Origin: Betaproteobacteria bacterium
GTDB lineage: Bacteria; Pseudomonadota; Gammaproteobacteria; Burkholderiales; SG8-41
NCBI GenBank assembly: GCA_016199485.1
Contig: JACQGO010000133.1
Coordinates: 1 to 52,569, forward strand
Direction: 5' to 3'
Length of the DNA: 52,569 nt
This document shows, piece after piece, positions 36,942-46,975 of this stretch. Under the pieces are notes generated by a model. It had not been told where the DNA came from and did no database searches. It was given only the letters and a program-made list of their open reading frames with translations. Made by a program: the position numbers and the translations under genes. How positions within the stretch are numbered: position 1 is the first letter of the stretch; each line of letters begins with the position of its first letter.

Positions 36942-37364
36942 ATGGGCGCTACCATGCACGTCGACGTCGTGAGCGCGGAAGAGCAGATCTTCTCCGGGCC
37001 CGCGGAATTCCTGGTCGCACCCGGGGAGGCGGGGGAACTGGGGATCTATCCGCGCCATACGCCGCTGCTCACGCGCGTCAAGCCCGGCGCGGTGCGGGTG
37101 AAAGTGCCGCTGCAGGAGGAAGAAGAGCTGGTCTGGGTATCGGGCGGCATCCTCGAAGTCCAGCCGGGGGTAGTGACGATACTCGCCGACACCGCGGTGC
37201 GCGGGCCGGACCTCGACGAAGCGAAGGCGCAGGAAGCGAAGAAGCGCGCCGAGGAAACGCTGCACAACAGGACCTCCAAGCTCGAAATCGCCAGGGCGCA
37301 GGCCGAGCTTGCGGAGGCGGTCGCCCAGCTTGCGGCGATCCAGAAGCTGCGCAAGAAACGATAA
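36942..37364 (+). CDS. atpC: F0F1 ATP synthase subunit epsilon
   Basis: 140 aa. It is the last gene of the atp operon. Confidence 0.93.
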   Translation: MGATMHVDVVSAEEQIFSGPAEFLVAPGEAGELGIYPRHTPLLTRVKPGAVRVKVPLQEEEELVWVSGGILEVQPGVVTILADTAVRGPDLDEAKAQEAKKRAEETLHNRTSKLEIARAQAELAEAVAQLAAIQKLRKKR

Positions 37365-37366
37365 AG

Positions 37367-37394
37367 CCGGACGCCTGGCGGCGCCGGTTTATTT
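37367..37394 (+). terminator. Rho-independent terminator after atpC
   Basis: CCGG(A)CGCC-TGGC-GGCGCCGG stem-loop followed by TTTATTT. Confidence 0.65.
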
Positions 37395-37478
37395 CCGCGA
37401 GTTCGAGCGGACGCAGGCGCCGCTCAACTCACGGAAGGCCGGAAGCAGCATCGACTGGCCTTCTTGCACCTAGCGACC

Positions 37479-38993
37479 ATGCACCCGGACCGCGTGGACC
37501 TGCTCGTGGTCGGCGGCGGCATCAACGGCGCCGGGATTGCGCGCGACGCAGCCGGCCGCGGGCTTTCGGTGCTGCTGGTCGAGCAGGGCGACCTCGGTTG
37601 CGCGACGAGCTCCGCGAGCAGCAAGCTGATCCACGGCGGGCTGCGCTACCTCGAACAGTACGAGTTCCGCCTGGTGCGCGAAGCGCTCGCCGAGCGCGAG
37701 GTGCTGCTCAGGTCGGCGCCGCATATCGTGCGGCCGATGCGCTTCGTGATGCCCCACGTACCCGAATTGCGGCCGGCATGGGTGATCAGACTGGGACTGG
37801 TGCTCTACGATTATCTCGGGCGCCGCCATGCACTGCCGGGGTCGCACGGGGTCGATCTCGCGCGCAGCCGCTACGGCGCGGGACTCAAGCCGCAGTTCAA
37901 GCGCGGCTTTGTCTATTCCGATTGCCAGGTCGACGATGCGCGGCTCGTAGTGCTCACCGCCCGCGCCGCTGCGGATCTCGGGGCAGCCGTAATGCCGCGC
38001 ACCCGGCTCGTCGCCGCGGAGCGCGCGGAGGGCGTGTGGCGCGCAGAACTGCGGAGCGAGGGCGGCACGCGAATGCAGGTCGAGGCGCGTGCGGTCGCCA
38101 ATGTTGCCGGGCCGTGGGTAAAAAAAGTGCTCACCGACATTCTTCGTCAGCCGTCCACCGTCGGCCTGCGGCTGGTGCAGGGCAGCCATATCGTAGTGCC
38201 GCGGCTCTACGAGGGCGATCACGCGTTCATCCTGCAGAACGACGACCGGCGCGTGATCTTCGCGTGTCCGTACCAAGGGCGCTATACGCTGGTCGGCACC
38301 ACCGAGGTCACATGCGAAGGCGACCCCGCCCGGTGCGAGGCGAGCGTGCCGGAAATCGAGTATCTGTGCCGCGCGGTGAACCGCTATTTCCTGCGCGAGG
38401 TGGGCAGCGCGGACGTCGCGTGGAGTTATTGCGGCATCCGGCCGCTGTTCGACGACGGGTCGGCCAATCCTTCGATGGTGACACGGGACTACATGTTGCG
38501 GGTGGACGGCGCCCGGAATGAGGCGCCGGTGCTCTCAGTGTTCGGCGGCAAGATCACGACCCACCGCAGGCTTGCCGAGCACGCGCTCTCGAAGCTCGCG
38601 CCGTGGTTTCCCGCAATGGGCGAACCGTGGACCGCGGATGCGTTGCTTCCCGGCGGAGATATCGCGCGCGGCGACGTGCCGCGCTACGTGGACACCGTGG
38701 CGCAGGCGTATCCGTTCCTGCCGCGCGCTCTCCTGTGCGAGCTTGCGCGGCGGCACGGCACACGGTGCAGCATGCTGCTCGACGGCGTGACAGGCGTCTC
38801 CGGTCTCGGCGAGCACTTCGGCGCCGATCTTTACGCGAAGGAGGTAGACTACCTGGTCGCGCACGAATGGGCCGGGAGCGCCGAGGACGTGCTGTGGCGG
38901 CGCACTAAAGCGGGGCTGCGCCTGGACAGCGGACAGCAGGAAGCGGTGAGAACCTATCTTGCGCGCCACGCGGCGGCGCGGTTTGTGGGATAA
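37479..38993 (+). CDS. glpD: FAD-dependent glycerol-3-phosphate dehydrogenase
   Basis: The track ORF starts at the TTG at 37464. The ATG at 37479 gives [77 protein letters not shown], near-identical in pattern to the enterobacterial GlpD N-terminus. Confidence 0.9.
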   Translation: MHPDRVDLLVVGGGINGAGIARDAAGRGLSVLLVEQGDLGCATSSASSKLIHGGLRYLEQYEFRLVREALAEREVLLRSAPHIVRPMRFVMPHVPELRPAWVIRLGLVLYDYLGRRHALPGSHGVDLARSRYGAGLKPQFKRGFVYSDCQVDDARLVVLTARAAADLGAAVMPRTRLVAAERAEGVWRAELRSEGGTRMQVEARAVANVAGPWVKKVLTDILRQPSTVGLRLVQGSHIVVPRLYEGDHAFILQNDDRRVIFACPYQGRYTLVGTTEVTCEGDPARCEASVPEIEYLCRAVNRYFLREVGSADVAWSYCGIRPLFDDGSANPSMVTRDYMLRVDGARNEAPVLSVFGGKITTHRRLAEHALSKLAPWFPAMGEPWTADALLPGGDIARGDVPRYVDTVAQAYPFLPRALLCELARRHGTRCSMLLDGVTGVSGLGEHFGADLYAKEVDYLVAHEWAGSAEDVLWRRTKAGLRLDSGQQEAVRTYLARHAAARFVG

Positions 38994-39001
38994 TTTTTCG
39001 C

Positions 39002-40375
39002 ATGGAGCAAACGCTGAACGTCGTAATTCTCGCCGCAGGCCAGGGCAAGCGCATGTTCTCGCGGCTGCCCAAGGTGCTGCACCCGCTCGCGGGCAAACCG
39101 TTGCTCGCGCACGTGGTGGATACCGCGCGCGCGCTCAAGCCGGCAAGGATCTGCGTGGTGTATGGGCACGGCGGGGAGCAGGTGCCGCGCGCGGTGAATG
39201 GCGCCGACCTGCATTACGTGAAACAGGAGCCGCAGCTCGGCACCGGCCATGCGCTCGGGCAGGCGCTGCCTCACCTCGACCCATCCGGGGTGACGCTCGT
39301 GCTCTACGGCGACGTGCCGCTGATCCGGGCAGCAACGCTGCGGGCGATGGTCGACGAAGCGGCAAAGCACGTGGTGGTGCTGACCGCCGAGCTCGACGAC
39401 CCGGCGGGCTACGGGCGCGTGGTGCGCAACCGCAGCGGCGCGGTCGCCGCGATCATCGAGGAAAAGGACGCTACCGAGACGCAGCGTAAGCTTCGCGAGG
39501 TGAACACCGGCATCATGGCGCTGCCGGCCGCCAAGCTTGGCAAGTGGCTCACGAAGCTCGACAACGCCAACGCCCAGGGCGAGTACTATCTCACCGACAT
39601 GGTGAAGCTCGCGCTCGCCGACCGCGTCAGGGTCGTCTCGCGTGCGCCGCAGGAAGCGTGGGAGGCGCTGGGGGTGAACAGCAAAGCGCAGCTTGCGCAA
39701 CTCGAACGGATCTATCAATGGCAGCGCGCGTCACGACTGCTGGAGGCGGGGGTATCGCTCGCCGACCCGATGCGTCTCGACGTGCGCGGTGAGCTTACCT
39801 GCGGCACGGATGTGCATATCGACGTGAACTGCGTGTTCGAGGGCGAGGTAAGGCTCGCCGACCGCGTCGAGATCGGCGCGAACTGCGTGCTGTGCAACAC
39901 CGAGGTCGGAGCCGGCACCCGCATCGAGCCGTTCACGCTGATCAGCGACGCCAGGATCGGCGCGAACTGCCGCGTCGGACCCTACGCGCGTATCCGGCCC
40001 GGGACCCGGCTCGCGGAAGAGGTGCACATCGGCAATTTCGTCGAGGTCAAGGCGAGCGAAATCGGGGCGCGCAGCAAGGCGAACCATCTCGCCTACATCG
40101 GGGATTCCGTCGTGGGGCGCGACGTCAACGTCGGCGCTGGCACGATCACCTGCAACTACGACGGCGCCAGCAAGCACCGGACGGTGATCGAGGACGACGT
40201 GTTCATCGGCTCCGACACCCAGCTCGTCGCCCCGGTGACGGTACACCGCGGCGCGACGATAGGCGCGGGCAGCACGGTGACCAGAGACGCCCCGCCGGAC
40301 CAGCTCACGATCTCGCGTGCGAGGCAGGTCTCTATCGCCGGCTGGAAGCGGCCCAAGAAGGGCGGTGAAGGGTGA
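39002..40375 (+). CDS. glmU: Bifunctional GlcNAc-1-P uridyltransferase / GlcN-1-P acetyltransferase
   Basis: 457 aa. Contains LAAGQGKRM and C-terminal left-handed beta-helix hexapeptide repeats. The start is 8 nt after the glpD stop. Confidence 0.96.
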   Translation: MEQTLNVVILAAGQGKRMFSRLPKVLHPLAGKPLLAHVVDTARALKPARICVVYGHGGEQVPRAVNGADLHYVKQEPQLGTGHALGQALPHLDPSGVTLVLYGDVPLIRAATLRAMVDEAAKHVVVLTAELDDPAGYGRVVRNRSGAVAAIIEEKDATETQRKLREVNTGIMALPAAKLGKWLTKLDNANAQGEYYLTDMVKLALADRVRVVSRAPQEAWEALGVNSKAQLAQLERIYQWQRASRLLEAGVSLADPMRLDVRGELTCGTDVHIDVNCVFEGEVRLADRVEIGANCVLCNTEVGAGTRIEPFTLISDARIGANCRVGPYARIRPGTRLAEEVHIGNFVEVKASEIGARSKANHLAYIGDSVVGRDVNVGAGTITCNYDGASKHRTVIEDDVFIGSDTQLVAPVTVHRGATIGAGSTVTRDAPPDQLTISRARQVSIAGWKRPKKGGEG

Positions 40376-40487
40376 AGGGTGAAAAGTGAAGGGTGAGAAG
40401 CGCAATGCCTTGCTGTGTTTGACCGACGCATGCCGCGTCGGAAGCCTTTTCTTTTTGCCCTTCACCTTTCACCCTTCACCCTTCACC
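40364..40487. repeat. Heptamer-based long inverted repeat in the glmU-glmS junction
   Basis: The left arm, 40364-40393, reads GGTGAAG GGTGAAG GGTGAAA AGTGAAG GG. The right arm, 40458-40487, reads CCCTTCACCTTTCACCCTTCACCCTTCACC. The two arms are complementary at 29/30 positions. In RNA the helix is extendable by about 7 more pairs using G-U wobbles. The loop is 64 nt. Confidence 0.9.
40423..40456 (+). terminator. Terminator-like hairpin plus U-tract inside the loop of the inverted repeat
   Basis: CCGACGC-ATGCC-GCGTCGG (40423-40441) is followed, after 5 nt, by TTTTCTTTTT (40447-40456). The spacing to the U-tract is longer than ideal. Confidence 0.4.
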
Positions 40488-40495
40488 GCAAAGCC

Positions 40496-42322
40496 ATGTG
40501 CGGCATAGTCGGCGCGATCGCGCGGCGCAACGTCGTTCCGGTGCTGCTCGAAGGGCTGAGGCGCCTCGAGTATCGCGGCTACGATTCCGCCGGCGTCGCG
40601 GTGTTGAACGGCGGCCTGAGGCGCGTGCGTAGCACCGGGCGGGTCGCGGAACTCGCGGCGCTCGTCGACCGCGAGGGCTTGTCGGGGTGCGTCGGCATCG
40701 CCCACACGCGCTGGGCGACGCACGGCGCGCCCTCGGAGAAGAACGCCCATCCGCACGTGAGCGGCGGCATCGCGGTGGTGCACAACGGCATCATCGAGAA
40801 CCACGACGCGATCCGAGGCCGCCTCAAGGCGCAGGGGTACCGCTTCGATTCCGACACCGACACCGAAGTGATCGCCCACCTCATTCACGCCGGGGTGCGC
40901 CGGGGCCGCGAGCTGTTCGAAGCGGCCCGCGAGGCGGTCGCCGAGCTCAAGGGCGCCTACGCGATTGCGGTGGTCGCGGAGCAGGAGCCCGGCCGCATGG
41001 TGGTAGCGCGCATGGGGGCGCCGCTGCTGCTTGGGTTGGGCGACGGCGAGAACTTCGCCGCTTCCGACGTCTCCGCGCTGCTCCAGGTCACGCAGAAGAT
41101 GATCTACCTCGAAGAGGGCGACATCGTCGACGTACGCCTGGACGGGTATCGCATCGTCGACCCGCAGGGAAGGGCGGTCGTGCGCGCGGTGCACAGGAGC
41201 CAGCTCTCCGCGACGGCGGTGGAGCTGGGGCCGTACCGCCATTTCATGCAGAAGGAGATCTTCGAGCAACCCGGGGCGGTCGCGAACACCCTGGAAATGG
41301 TGGTGAATGCGCGGTCGGTGTCTCCGCAACTCTTCGGGGTCGAGGCGGAAGAGGTGCTGCGCGCGATCGACAGCGTGCTGATCCTCGCCTGCGGCACGAG
41401 CTTTCACGCGGGCATGGTGGCGCGCTACTGGATCGAGGCTATCGCCGGCATTCCCTGCAACGTCGAGGTCGCAAGCGAGTATCGCTATCGGGTATCGGTG
41501 CCCAACCCGAAGGCACTGGTCGTGACGGTCTCGCAGTCAGGCGAAACCGCCGACACCATCGCGGCGCTCGGCCACGCGAAATCCGTGGGACACCGTCACT
41601 GCCTGACGATTTGCAACGTGCCGGAGAGCGCTCTGGTGCGGCAGTCGGGGCTGCGCTTTCTGACGCGCGCCGGGCCGGAAATCGGGGTCGCTTCGACGAA
41701 GGCGTTCACCACGCAACTCGCCGCGCTGGTGCTGCTTGCGGTGGTGCTCGCGCGGCTGCGGGACAGGCTTGATACAGCGCGCGAGCAGGAGTTGATCGTA
41801 GCGCTGCGCCACCTGCCGGCCGCGCTCTCGCACGTGCTGGAGGTCGAGCAGCGGATCAAGGCATGGGCGGAGAAGTTCGCCGAGCGCCGTCATGCGCTGT
41901 TCCTCGGTCGCGGCATCCACTATCCGATCGCGATGGAAGGGGCGCTCAAGCTCAAGGAGATTGCCTACATCCACGCCGAGGCCTATCCCGCCGGCGAGCT
42001 CAAGCACGGGCCGCTCGCGCTGGTGGACGCGGACATGCCGGTGGTCGCGATCGCGCCCAGGGATGCGCTGCTCGAGAAGCTCAAGTCCAACCTGCAGGAA
42101 GTGCGGGCGCGCGGCGGAGAACTCCACGTCATCGCCGACCAGGACACGCGCATCGAGGAAGGCGACGGGGTGCACGTGATCCGGATCACGGACCACGCCG
42201 GCGTGTTGAGCCCCATCCTGCACACGATCCCGCTGCAGCTCCTCGCCTATCACGCCGCGCTGCAGCGCGGCACCGATGTTGACAAGCCGCGTAACCTCGC
42301 CAAATCGGTCACGGTGGAATAG
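40496..42322 (+). CDS. glmS: Glutamine--fructose-6-phosphate aminotransferase
   Basis: The ATG at 40496 lies inside track ORF 40415-42322 and gives MCGIVGA (N-terminal nucleophile Cys). 608 aa. The C-terminus is NLAKSVTVE. Confidence 0.97.
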   Translation: MCGIVGAIARRNVVPVLLEGLRRLEYRGYDSAGVAVLNGGLRRVRSTGRVAELAALVDREGLSGCVGIAHTRWATHGAPSEKNAHPHVSGGIAVVHNGIIENHDAIRGRLKAQGYRFDSDTDTEVIAHLIHAGVRRGRELFEAAREAVAELKGAYAIAVVAEQEPGRMVVARMGAPLLLGLGDGENFAASDVSALLQVTQKMIYLEEGDIVDVRLDGYRIVDPQGRAVVRAVHRSQLSATAVELGPYRHFMQKEIFEQPGAVANTLEMVVNARSVSPQLFGVEAEEVLRAIDSVLILACGTSFHAGMVARYWIEAIAGIPCNVEVASEYRYRVSVPNPKALVVTVSQSGETADTIAALGHAKSVGHRHCLTICNVPESALVRQSGLRFLTRAGPEIGVASTKAFTTQLAALVLLAVVLARLRDRLDTAREQELIVALRHLPAALSHVLEVEQRIKAWAEKFAERRHALFLGRGIHYPIAMEGALKLKEIAYIHAEAYPAGELKHGPLALVDADMPVVAIAPRDALLEKLKSNLQEVRARGGELHVIADQDTRIEEGDGVHVIRITDHAGVLSPILHTIPLQLLAYHAALQRGTDVDKPRNLAKSVTVE

Positions 42323-42376
42323 TTACGATGTCGACTTCCCCGCGGCGGGCACGGGCTCCCGCCACCGCAGCCGTGC

Positions 42377-43144
42377 TCAGCCCCTGCGCGGCTTGCGCGG
42401 CGCGTTGGCGGACAGTATGTCGTAGAGCCGGCGCGGCATGAGCTTGAGCATGCGGGCCGCGAGCGCCATCTGCCACGGGATCACGGCAAACGGCCTGCCG
42501 CGCCCGATGATGGCGGCGATTTTCTGCGCGGCCTCGTCTGCGGTCATGAGGAACGGCATGCGGTACGGATTGCCCGCCGTCATCGGGGTCGCGACGAAGC
42601 CGGGGCAGATCGTGATGACTTTGACTCCGCTCGCGCGCAGTTCCACGCGCAGGCTCTCCAGGTAGGCGATCGCCGCCGCCTTCGACGCCGAATAGGCACT
42701 CGCGCCGGGCAGCCCACGGATGCCCGCCACGCTCGCGATGCCGGCGAGCGTCCCGCCTCCCCTCCCGCGCATCGCCGAAACGAAAGGCTGAAAGGTGTTC
42801 GCCATTCCGGTGACGTTGGTGTCGATCACTTCCTGGAAAGCGGCGAGGTCTTCGGCACGCTCCGTGAGCGTCCCGACGCTCACTCCCGCGCTGGCGATTA
42901 CAACGTCGGGCGGGCCGTGGCGCGCGATGAAATCGGATGCGGCGTGGGCGAGCGCTGCGCCGTCGCGCACGTCAAGGGCGTACACCGCCGCCGGCAAGGG
43001 CAGCGTCGCGGCGACATTTTCAAGCCGGTCGCGGCGGCGCGCGATCAGGGCCACGGTGGCCCCGCGCGCGGCGTAGAGCTGCGCGAGCGCCGCGCCGATG
43101 CCGCTCGAGGCGCCGGTGATGACTACCCGCCGGGGTGCTCGCAT
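42377..43144 (-). CDS. Short-chain dehydrogenase/reductase family oxidoreductase
   Basis: 255 aa. Contains TGASSGIG and the catalytic YSASKAA. Confidence 0.85.
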   Translation of the reverse strand: MRAPRRVVITGASSGIGAALAQLYAARGATVALIARRRDRLENVAATLPLPAAVYALDVRDGAALAHAASDFIARHGPPDVVIASAGVSVGTLTERAEDLAAFQEVIDTNVTGMANTFQPFVSAMRGRGGGTLAGIASVAGIRGLPGASAYSASKAAAIAYLESLRVELRASGVKVITICPGFVATPMTAGNPYRMPFLMTADEAAQKIAAIIGRGRPFAVIPWQMALAARMLKLMPRRLYDILSANAPRKPRRG

Positions 43145-43175
43145 GCGTGGACCGCGCCGGGCGGCGCGGCGAGGG

Positions 43176-43826
43176 TCATTTTTTTTCGGCGCGCTTCTGC
43201 CGCGCGATGCGGATCAAGTCGTCGAGGATCGGGATCATGCCTTCCAGCGTGTCCGACATGTTTCCTGAAGTAAGGTAACGGCCGTCGACCACGATCGTGG
43301 GCGTGCCATCGACGTCGTACTGTCTGGTGAGCCGCTTGGCGCGCTGCACCTTATTCTCGACCTCGGGTGACGAATATGCGCCGAGCCACTTCTGGCGGTC
43401 TATGCCGTGGCGCACCGCCCACCCCGCCATCACGTCGGGCTTGCTCATGTAGAGCTCCTCGACATGGTAGCCGCGGTAGACCTCCTGATGCAGCCGCTCG
43501 ACTTCGTTCAGTGCCTCCAACGTGTAATAGATGCGCGCATGGGGTGCCCACGCGTCTTTGAGGATTACAGGAACGCGCCGCAGCTCGACGTCGTCGGGAA
43601 TGCGCTTGCGCCACCGCTCCAGCGCCGGTTGCAGCTTGTTGCAGTAGGGGCAGCCATACCAGAAGAAGTCGATCACCTCGATCTTGTCGCCGGTCTCGAC
43701 CGGCTGCTGCGGAATGAGGCGGTAATCCTTGTTGTACCTCGCCTGCTGCGCGCTGCCCGCGGCGGCGAACAGCGCGAGCGCGAGGCAGGCGAGCAGGCGC
43801 GAGAGCGTTACGCGGGGGCCGCGCAT
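43176..43826 (-). CDS. dsbA: Thiol:disulfide interchange protein DsbA-family (CPYC)
   Basis: 216 aa. Has a signal peptide and FFWYGCPYCNKLQP. Confidence 0.88.
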   Translation of the reverse strand: MRGPRVTLSRLLACLALALFAAAGSAQQARYNKDYRLIPQQPVETGDKIEVIDFFWYGCPYCNKLQPALERWRKRIPDDVELRRVPVILKDAWAPHARIYYTLEALNEVERLHQEVYRGYHVEELYMSKPDVMAGWAVRHGIDRQKWLGAYSSPEVENKVQRAKRLTRQYDVDGTPTIVVDGRYLTSGNMSDTLEGMIPILDDLIRIARQKRAEKK

Positions 43827-43829
43827 GCG

Positions 43830-44498
43830 CTACTTCCCGGCGCGCGCCTTGCGCGCCATGGCGATGACCTGGTCGAGCACCTGGAAATAGCGCTCGTAGT
43901 TGATCGTGTTGTTGGGGTTGAGCGTCATCGACGGTGCGGTGAGGTAGCGCCCATCCACGACCACCGCCGGCGTGCCGGGGATGTCATACTTGCCGGTCAT
44001 GTCGATCGAACGCTGGGTGCGCGCCTGCACCGCAAACGAATTGTAGGTGTCGATGAACTTCTGGCGGTCGACGCCGCGCTTGGCGATCCAGTCGAACAGC
44101 ACGCGCGTATCGGAGAGCCGCTGCTTCTGCTCGTGGATCGCGGTATACACCTCGTCATGCAGCTTCTCCACGAGGCCCATCGCCTCAATCGCGTAATACG
44201 CCTTGGTGAGCGGTATCCATGATTCCTGGAACACCGCCGGCACGCGCTTGAATTCGACATCCGCGGGCTTGCGCTTGAGCCAGGCCCTGAGCGAGGGCTG
44301 GAGGTTGTTGCAGTGCGGGCAGCCGTACCAGAAAAACTCGATCACCTCGACCTTCCTGCCGCTGTCGGGCGGCTGCGGCGGCTCGATCAGCCGGTAGTCC
44401 CTGTCCTTGACCGGCTGCGCCGCAACGCTCAGGCCCGCCACGATGAGTGCAAGCACGCCGAGCGCGCCGCCAAGGAGGTGTCTTGCCGTCATTCGCAT
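43830..44498 (-). CDS. dsbA: Thiol:disulfide interchange protein DsbA-family (CPHC), tandem paralog
   Basis: The track ORF runs to 44531. The ATGs at 44498 or 44492 (MRMTARHLLGG..., signal peptide) avoid overlap with the upstream SPOR gene. Contains FFWYGCPHCNNLQP. Confidence 0.88.
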   Translation of the reverse strand: MRMTARHLLGGALGVLALIVAGLSVAAQPVKDRDYRLIEPPQPPDSGRKVEVIEFFWYGCPHCNNLQPSLRAWLKRKPADVEFKRVPAVFQESWIPLTKAYYAIEAMGLVEKLHDEVYTAIHEQKQRLSDTRVLFDWIAKRGVDRQKFIDTYNSFAVQARTQRSIDMTGKYDIPGTPAVVVDGRYLTAPSMTLNPNNTINYERYFQVLDQVIAMARKARAGK

Positions 44499-44514
44499 GC
44501 TCCCGTTCCGTGTG

Positions 44515-45105
44515 CTATTGCGCGGCGGCATCGCGCACCCTGATAAGAGCAGTCTCGATGCCGTTTTGTTTCAGCGTCTCGCGCGTGCGGTTCAGCTCCT
44601 CGGTGCTGGTGTAGGGCCCCACCCGCACTCGATGCCAGGTCCCTTTGTCGGGTAGCGTGGTGGTCTGTATCGCGGCCTCGATGCCGAGCAGCGCGAGCCG
44701 CGCTTTCAGGTTGTCCGCATCGGGCGCGCTCTGAAACGCCCCCGCCTGCAGGAAGAAGGCCTCCTTGCCCTGCGCCGGGCTCCTGCCGGTTGCGTCCTTG
44801 AACTGCTGCTCGGTGACGGGTTCCTCGGTTCCGGGCAGGATCTTGTAGAAGTCGAAGCGCGGCTTCGCCTCAACTGTTTTTGTCGCCGGCTCCTCCGCCT
44901 TGCCCGCGACATCCTTCGCCGGCTCCGCCTTGGCCGGCGGGGAGACGCGGGTCACGAACGGGCTGGGCATCTTGTTGATGTACCACGCCACCGCGAGCGC
45001 AATGCCGAGCCCCGCCACGAGGCCGATCAGCACACCGACCAGGAAAGAGCTGCCGCTTCCGCCGGAGCCGGATTTCCTCGGGGGCTGTTTGTAGTCGCGG
45101 GTCAT
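44515..45105 (-). CDS. SPOR domain-containing (peptidoglycan-binding, division-associated) protein
   Basis: The ATG at 45105 gives MTRDYKQPPRKSGSGG. This is followed by a TM helix, a low-complexity linker, and a C-terminal SPOR-like FFLQAGAFQSAPDADNLKARLALLG...WHRVRVGPY. Confidence 0.8.
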   Translation of the reverse strand: MTRDYKQPPRKSGSGGSGSSFLVGVLIGLVAGLGIALAVAWYINKMPSPFVTRVSPPAKAEPAKDVAGKAEEPATKTVEAKPRFDFYKILPGTEEPVTEQQFKDATGRSPAQGKEAFFLQAGAFQSAPDADNLKARLALLGIEAAIQTTTLPDKGTWHRVRVGPYTSTEELNRTRETLKQNGIETALIRVRDAAAQ

Positions 45106-45133
45106 GGCGAGCCGGGATACGCAGGTCGTTATC

Positions 45134-46894
45134 TTACATTTTTTCCGGAGCCGACACACCCAGCAGGGCGAGCCCGTTGCGCAGCGCCTGGCGCACCGCC
45201 GCCGCGAGCGCGAGCCGCGCGAGCCTGAGCGGCTCGTCGTCGACGAGGATGCGCGTTGCGTTGTAGTAGCTGTGAAACTCGCCGGCGAGCTCGCGCAGAT
45301 AGAACGCGACCACGTGCGGCGAGAGCTCGCGCGCCGCGGCTTCCACTGCCTCCGGGTATTCCATCAGCCGCGTGGCGAGCGCGAGCTCGCCGGCGGCGGC
45401 AAGCGGTGAAGTGTCCACGCCGGCGAGCCGCGCCGGGTCTCCGCCCCACTGCTCGAGCACGCTGCACACCCGCGCGTGGGCGTATTGCACGTAGTAGACC
45501 GGGTTTTCCGTGCTCTGCGACTTCGCGAGATCGAGGTCGAAGTCGAGGTGCTGGTCGCTCTTGCGCAGCACGTAGAAGAACCGCGCCGCGTCGTTGCCGA
45601 CCTCCCGGCGCAGCTCGCGCAGCGTGACGAACTCACCGGCGCGCGTGGACATCGGCACCTTCTTGCCGCCGCGGTAGAGTGCGGCGAACTGCACCAGCGC
45701 TATGACCAGGCGCCGGGGATCGAGCCCGAAAGCCTCGAGCGCGCCCTTGACGCGCGCGATGTAGCCGTGGTGGTCTGCGCCCCACACGTCGATCACGCGG
45801 TCGAATCCGCGCTCGAATTTGTTGAGATGGTAGGCGATGTCGGAAGCAAAATAAGTGTACTCGCCGTTTTCGCGCTGCGCCACGCGGTCCTTCTCGTCGC
45901 CGAACCCGGTCGAGCGGAACCATCTCGCGCCGTCCTTCACGTAGACGTGGCCGCGCTCTTCGAGCAGCCTCACCGCGCGCTCGACGAGGCCTGCGTCATA
46001 GAGTGATTTCTCGTGGAGCCAGTGGTCGAACGTAACGCCGAACTCCGCGAGGTCGCTGCGGCAATCCTCGAGTTGCTCATTGAGCGCAAACTCGTGGATG
46101 TAGGCATAGTCCTCGCCCAGCACGCGCTTGGCGAGCGCGATTAATTCATCCAGCACCTGTTCTTCATCCCGCGCAATCAGCTTGATCTTTAGCCAATCAG
46201 CACCGATATCGCGCACGAAGCGATTGCCGTGATCCGAGTGATCCGAGTGTATGGTCTGCGCCATCGCCCGCACGTACTCGCCTTGATACGCGTTGGCGGG
46301 GAACGCCGCTGCCCCGATGACGCCGGCAAGCTCGAGATAGCGCACCCACACCGAGAGCGCGAGGATGTCCATCTGGCGTCCGGCGTCGTTGACGTAGTAC
46401 TCGCGCGACACCGCGTAGCCCGCCGCAGCGAGCACGTTGGCGAGGCTCGCGCCAAACGCCGCGCCGCGTCCGTGCCCGACGTGCAGCGGCCCGGTAGGGT
46501 TGGCGGAGACGAATTCGACCTGCACCTTCTGGTCGCGGCCGAGCGCACACCTGCCGAAGTCGGCGCCCGCCGCGAGGATGCGGGGGATGGTTGCGCGCTT
46601 GGTGTCGGCGTTGAGGAAGATGTTGATGAACCCGGGGCCCGCGATCTCGGTCTTCGCGACCAGCGGTGAAGCGGGCAATGCCGCAGTGATCTTGGTGGCG
46701 ACCGCACGCGGTGGCAGGCCGACAAGCTTGCCGAGCTGCAGAGCCACGTTGCACGCGTAGTCGCCGTGACCGGCGTGCTTCGGGCGCTCCAGCACGATGT
46801 TCACTTCCCCCGGGGGCAGGCCCGTCTCGTGCAATGCGGCGGCGAGCAACTCGGTGAGATGCAAGCGCGGTTCGGGCAACGGGGGTGCGATCAT
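45134..46894 (-). CDS. argS: Arginine--tRNA ligase
   Basis: 586 aa. Contains the HIGH-type motif PTGPLHVGHGRGA and the MSTRAG (KMSK-like) motif. Confidence 0.96.
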   Translation of the reverse strand: MIAPPLPEPRLHLTELLAAALHETGLPPGEVNIVLERPKHAGHGDYACNVALQLGKLVGLPPRAVATKITAALPASPLVAKTEIAGPGFINIFLNADTKRATIPRILAAGADFGRCALGRDQKVQVEFVSANPTGPLHVGHGRGAAFGASLANVLAAAGYAVSREYYVNDAGRQMDILALSVWVRYLELAGVIGAAAFPANAYQGEYVRAMAQTIHSDHSDHGNRFVRDIGADWLKIKLIARDEEQVLDELIALAKRVLGEDYAYIHEFALNEQLEDCRSDLAEFGVTFDHWLHEKSLYDAGLVERAVRLLEERGHVYVKDGARWFRSTGFGDEKDRVAQRENGEYTYFASDIAYHLNKFERGFDRVIDVWGADHHGYIARVKGALEAFGLDPRRLVIALVQFAALYRGGKKVPMSTRAGEFVTLRELRREVGNDAARFFYVLRKSDQHLDFDLDLAKSQSTENPVYYVQYAHARVCSVLEQWGGDPARLAGVDTSPLAAAGELALATRLMEYPEAVEAAARELSPHVVAFYLRELAGEFHSYYNATRILVDDEPLRLARLALAAAVRQALRNGLALLGVSAPEKM

Positions 46895-46923
46895 GGCGGC
46901 GGATTGTTTTTTGCGAGCGCGAT

Positions 46924-46929
46924 ATTATA
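46924..46929 (-). promoter_or_regulatory. Possible -10 element (TATAAT on the minus strand) for argS
   Basis: The plus strand reads ATTATA, about 30 nt upstream of the argS ATG. No convincing -35 was found. Confidence 0.3.
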
Positions 46930-46975
46930 GTCGCGGTGCGGCGCGCGCGTAACGTCGATTTCCCCGCCGCGTCCG

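Noticed and set aside
40364-40487. glmS ribozyme or a MITE with target-site duplication at the glmU-glmS junction
   Set aside because: There is no resemblance to the glmS ribozyme core as I remember it, and the flanks (AGGGC / GCAAA) show no direct duplication. The repeat-element possibility stays open pending a genome-wide copy count.
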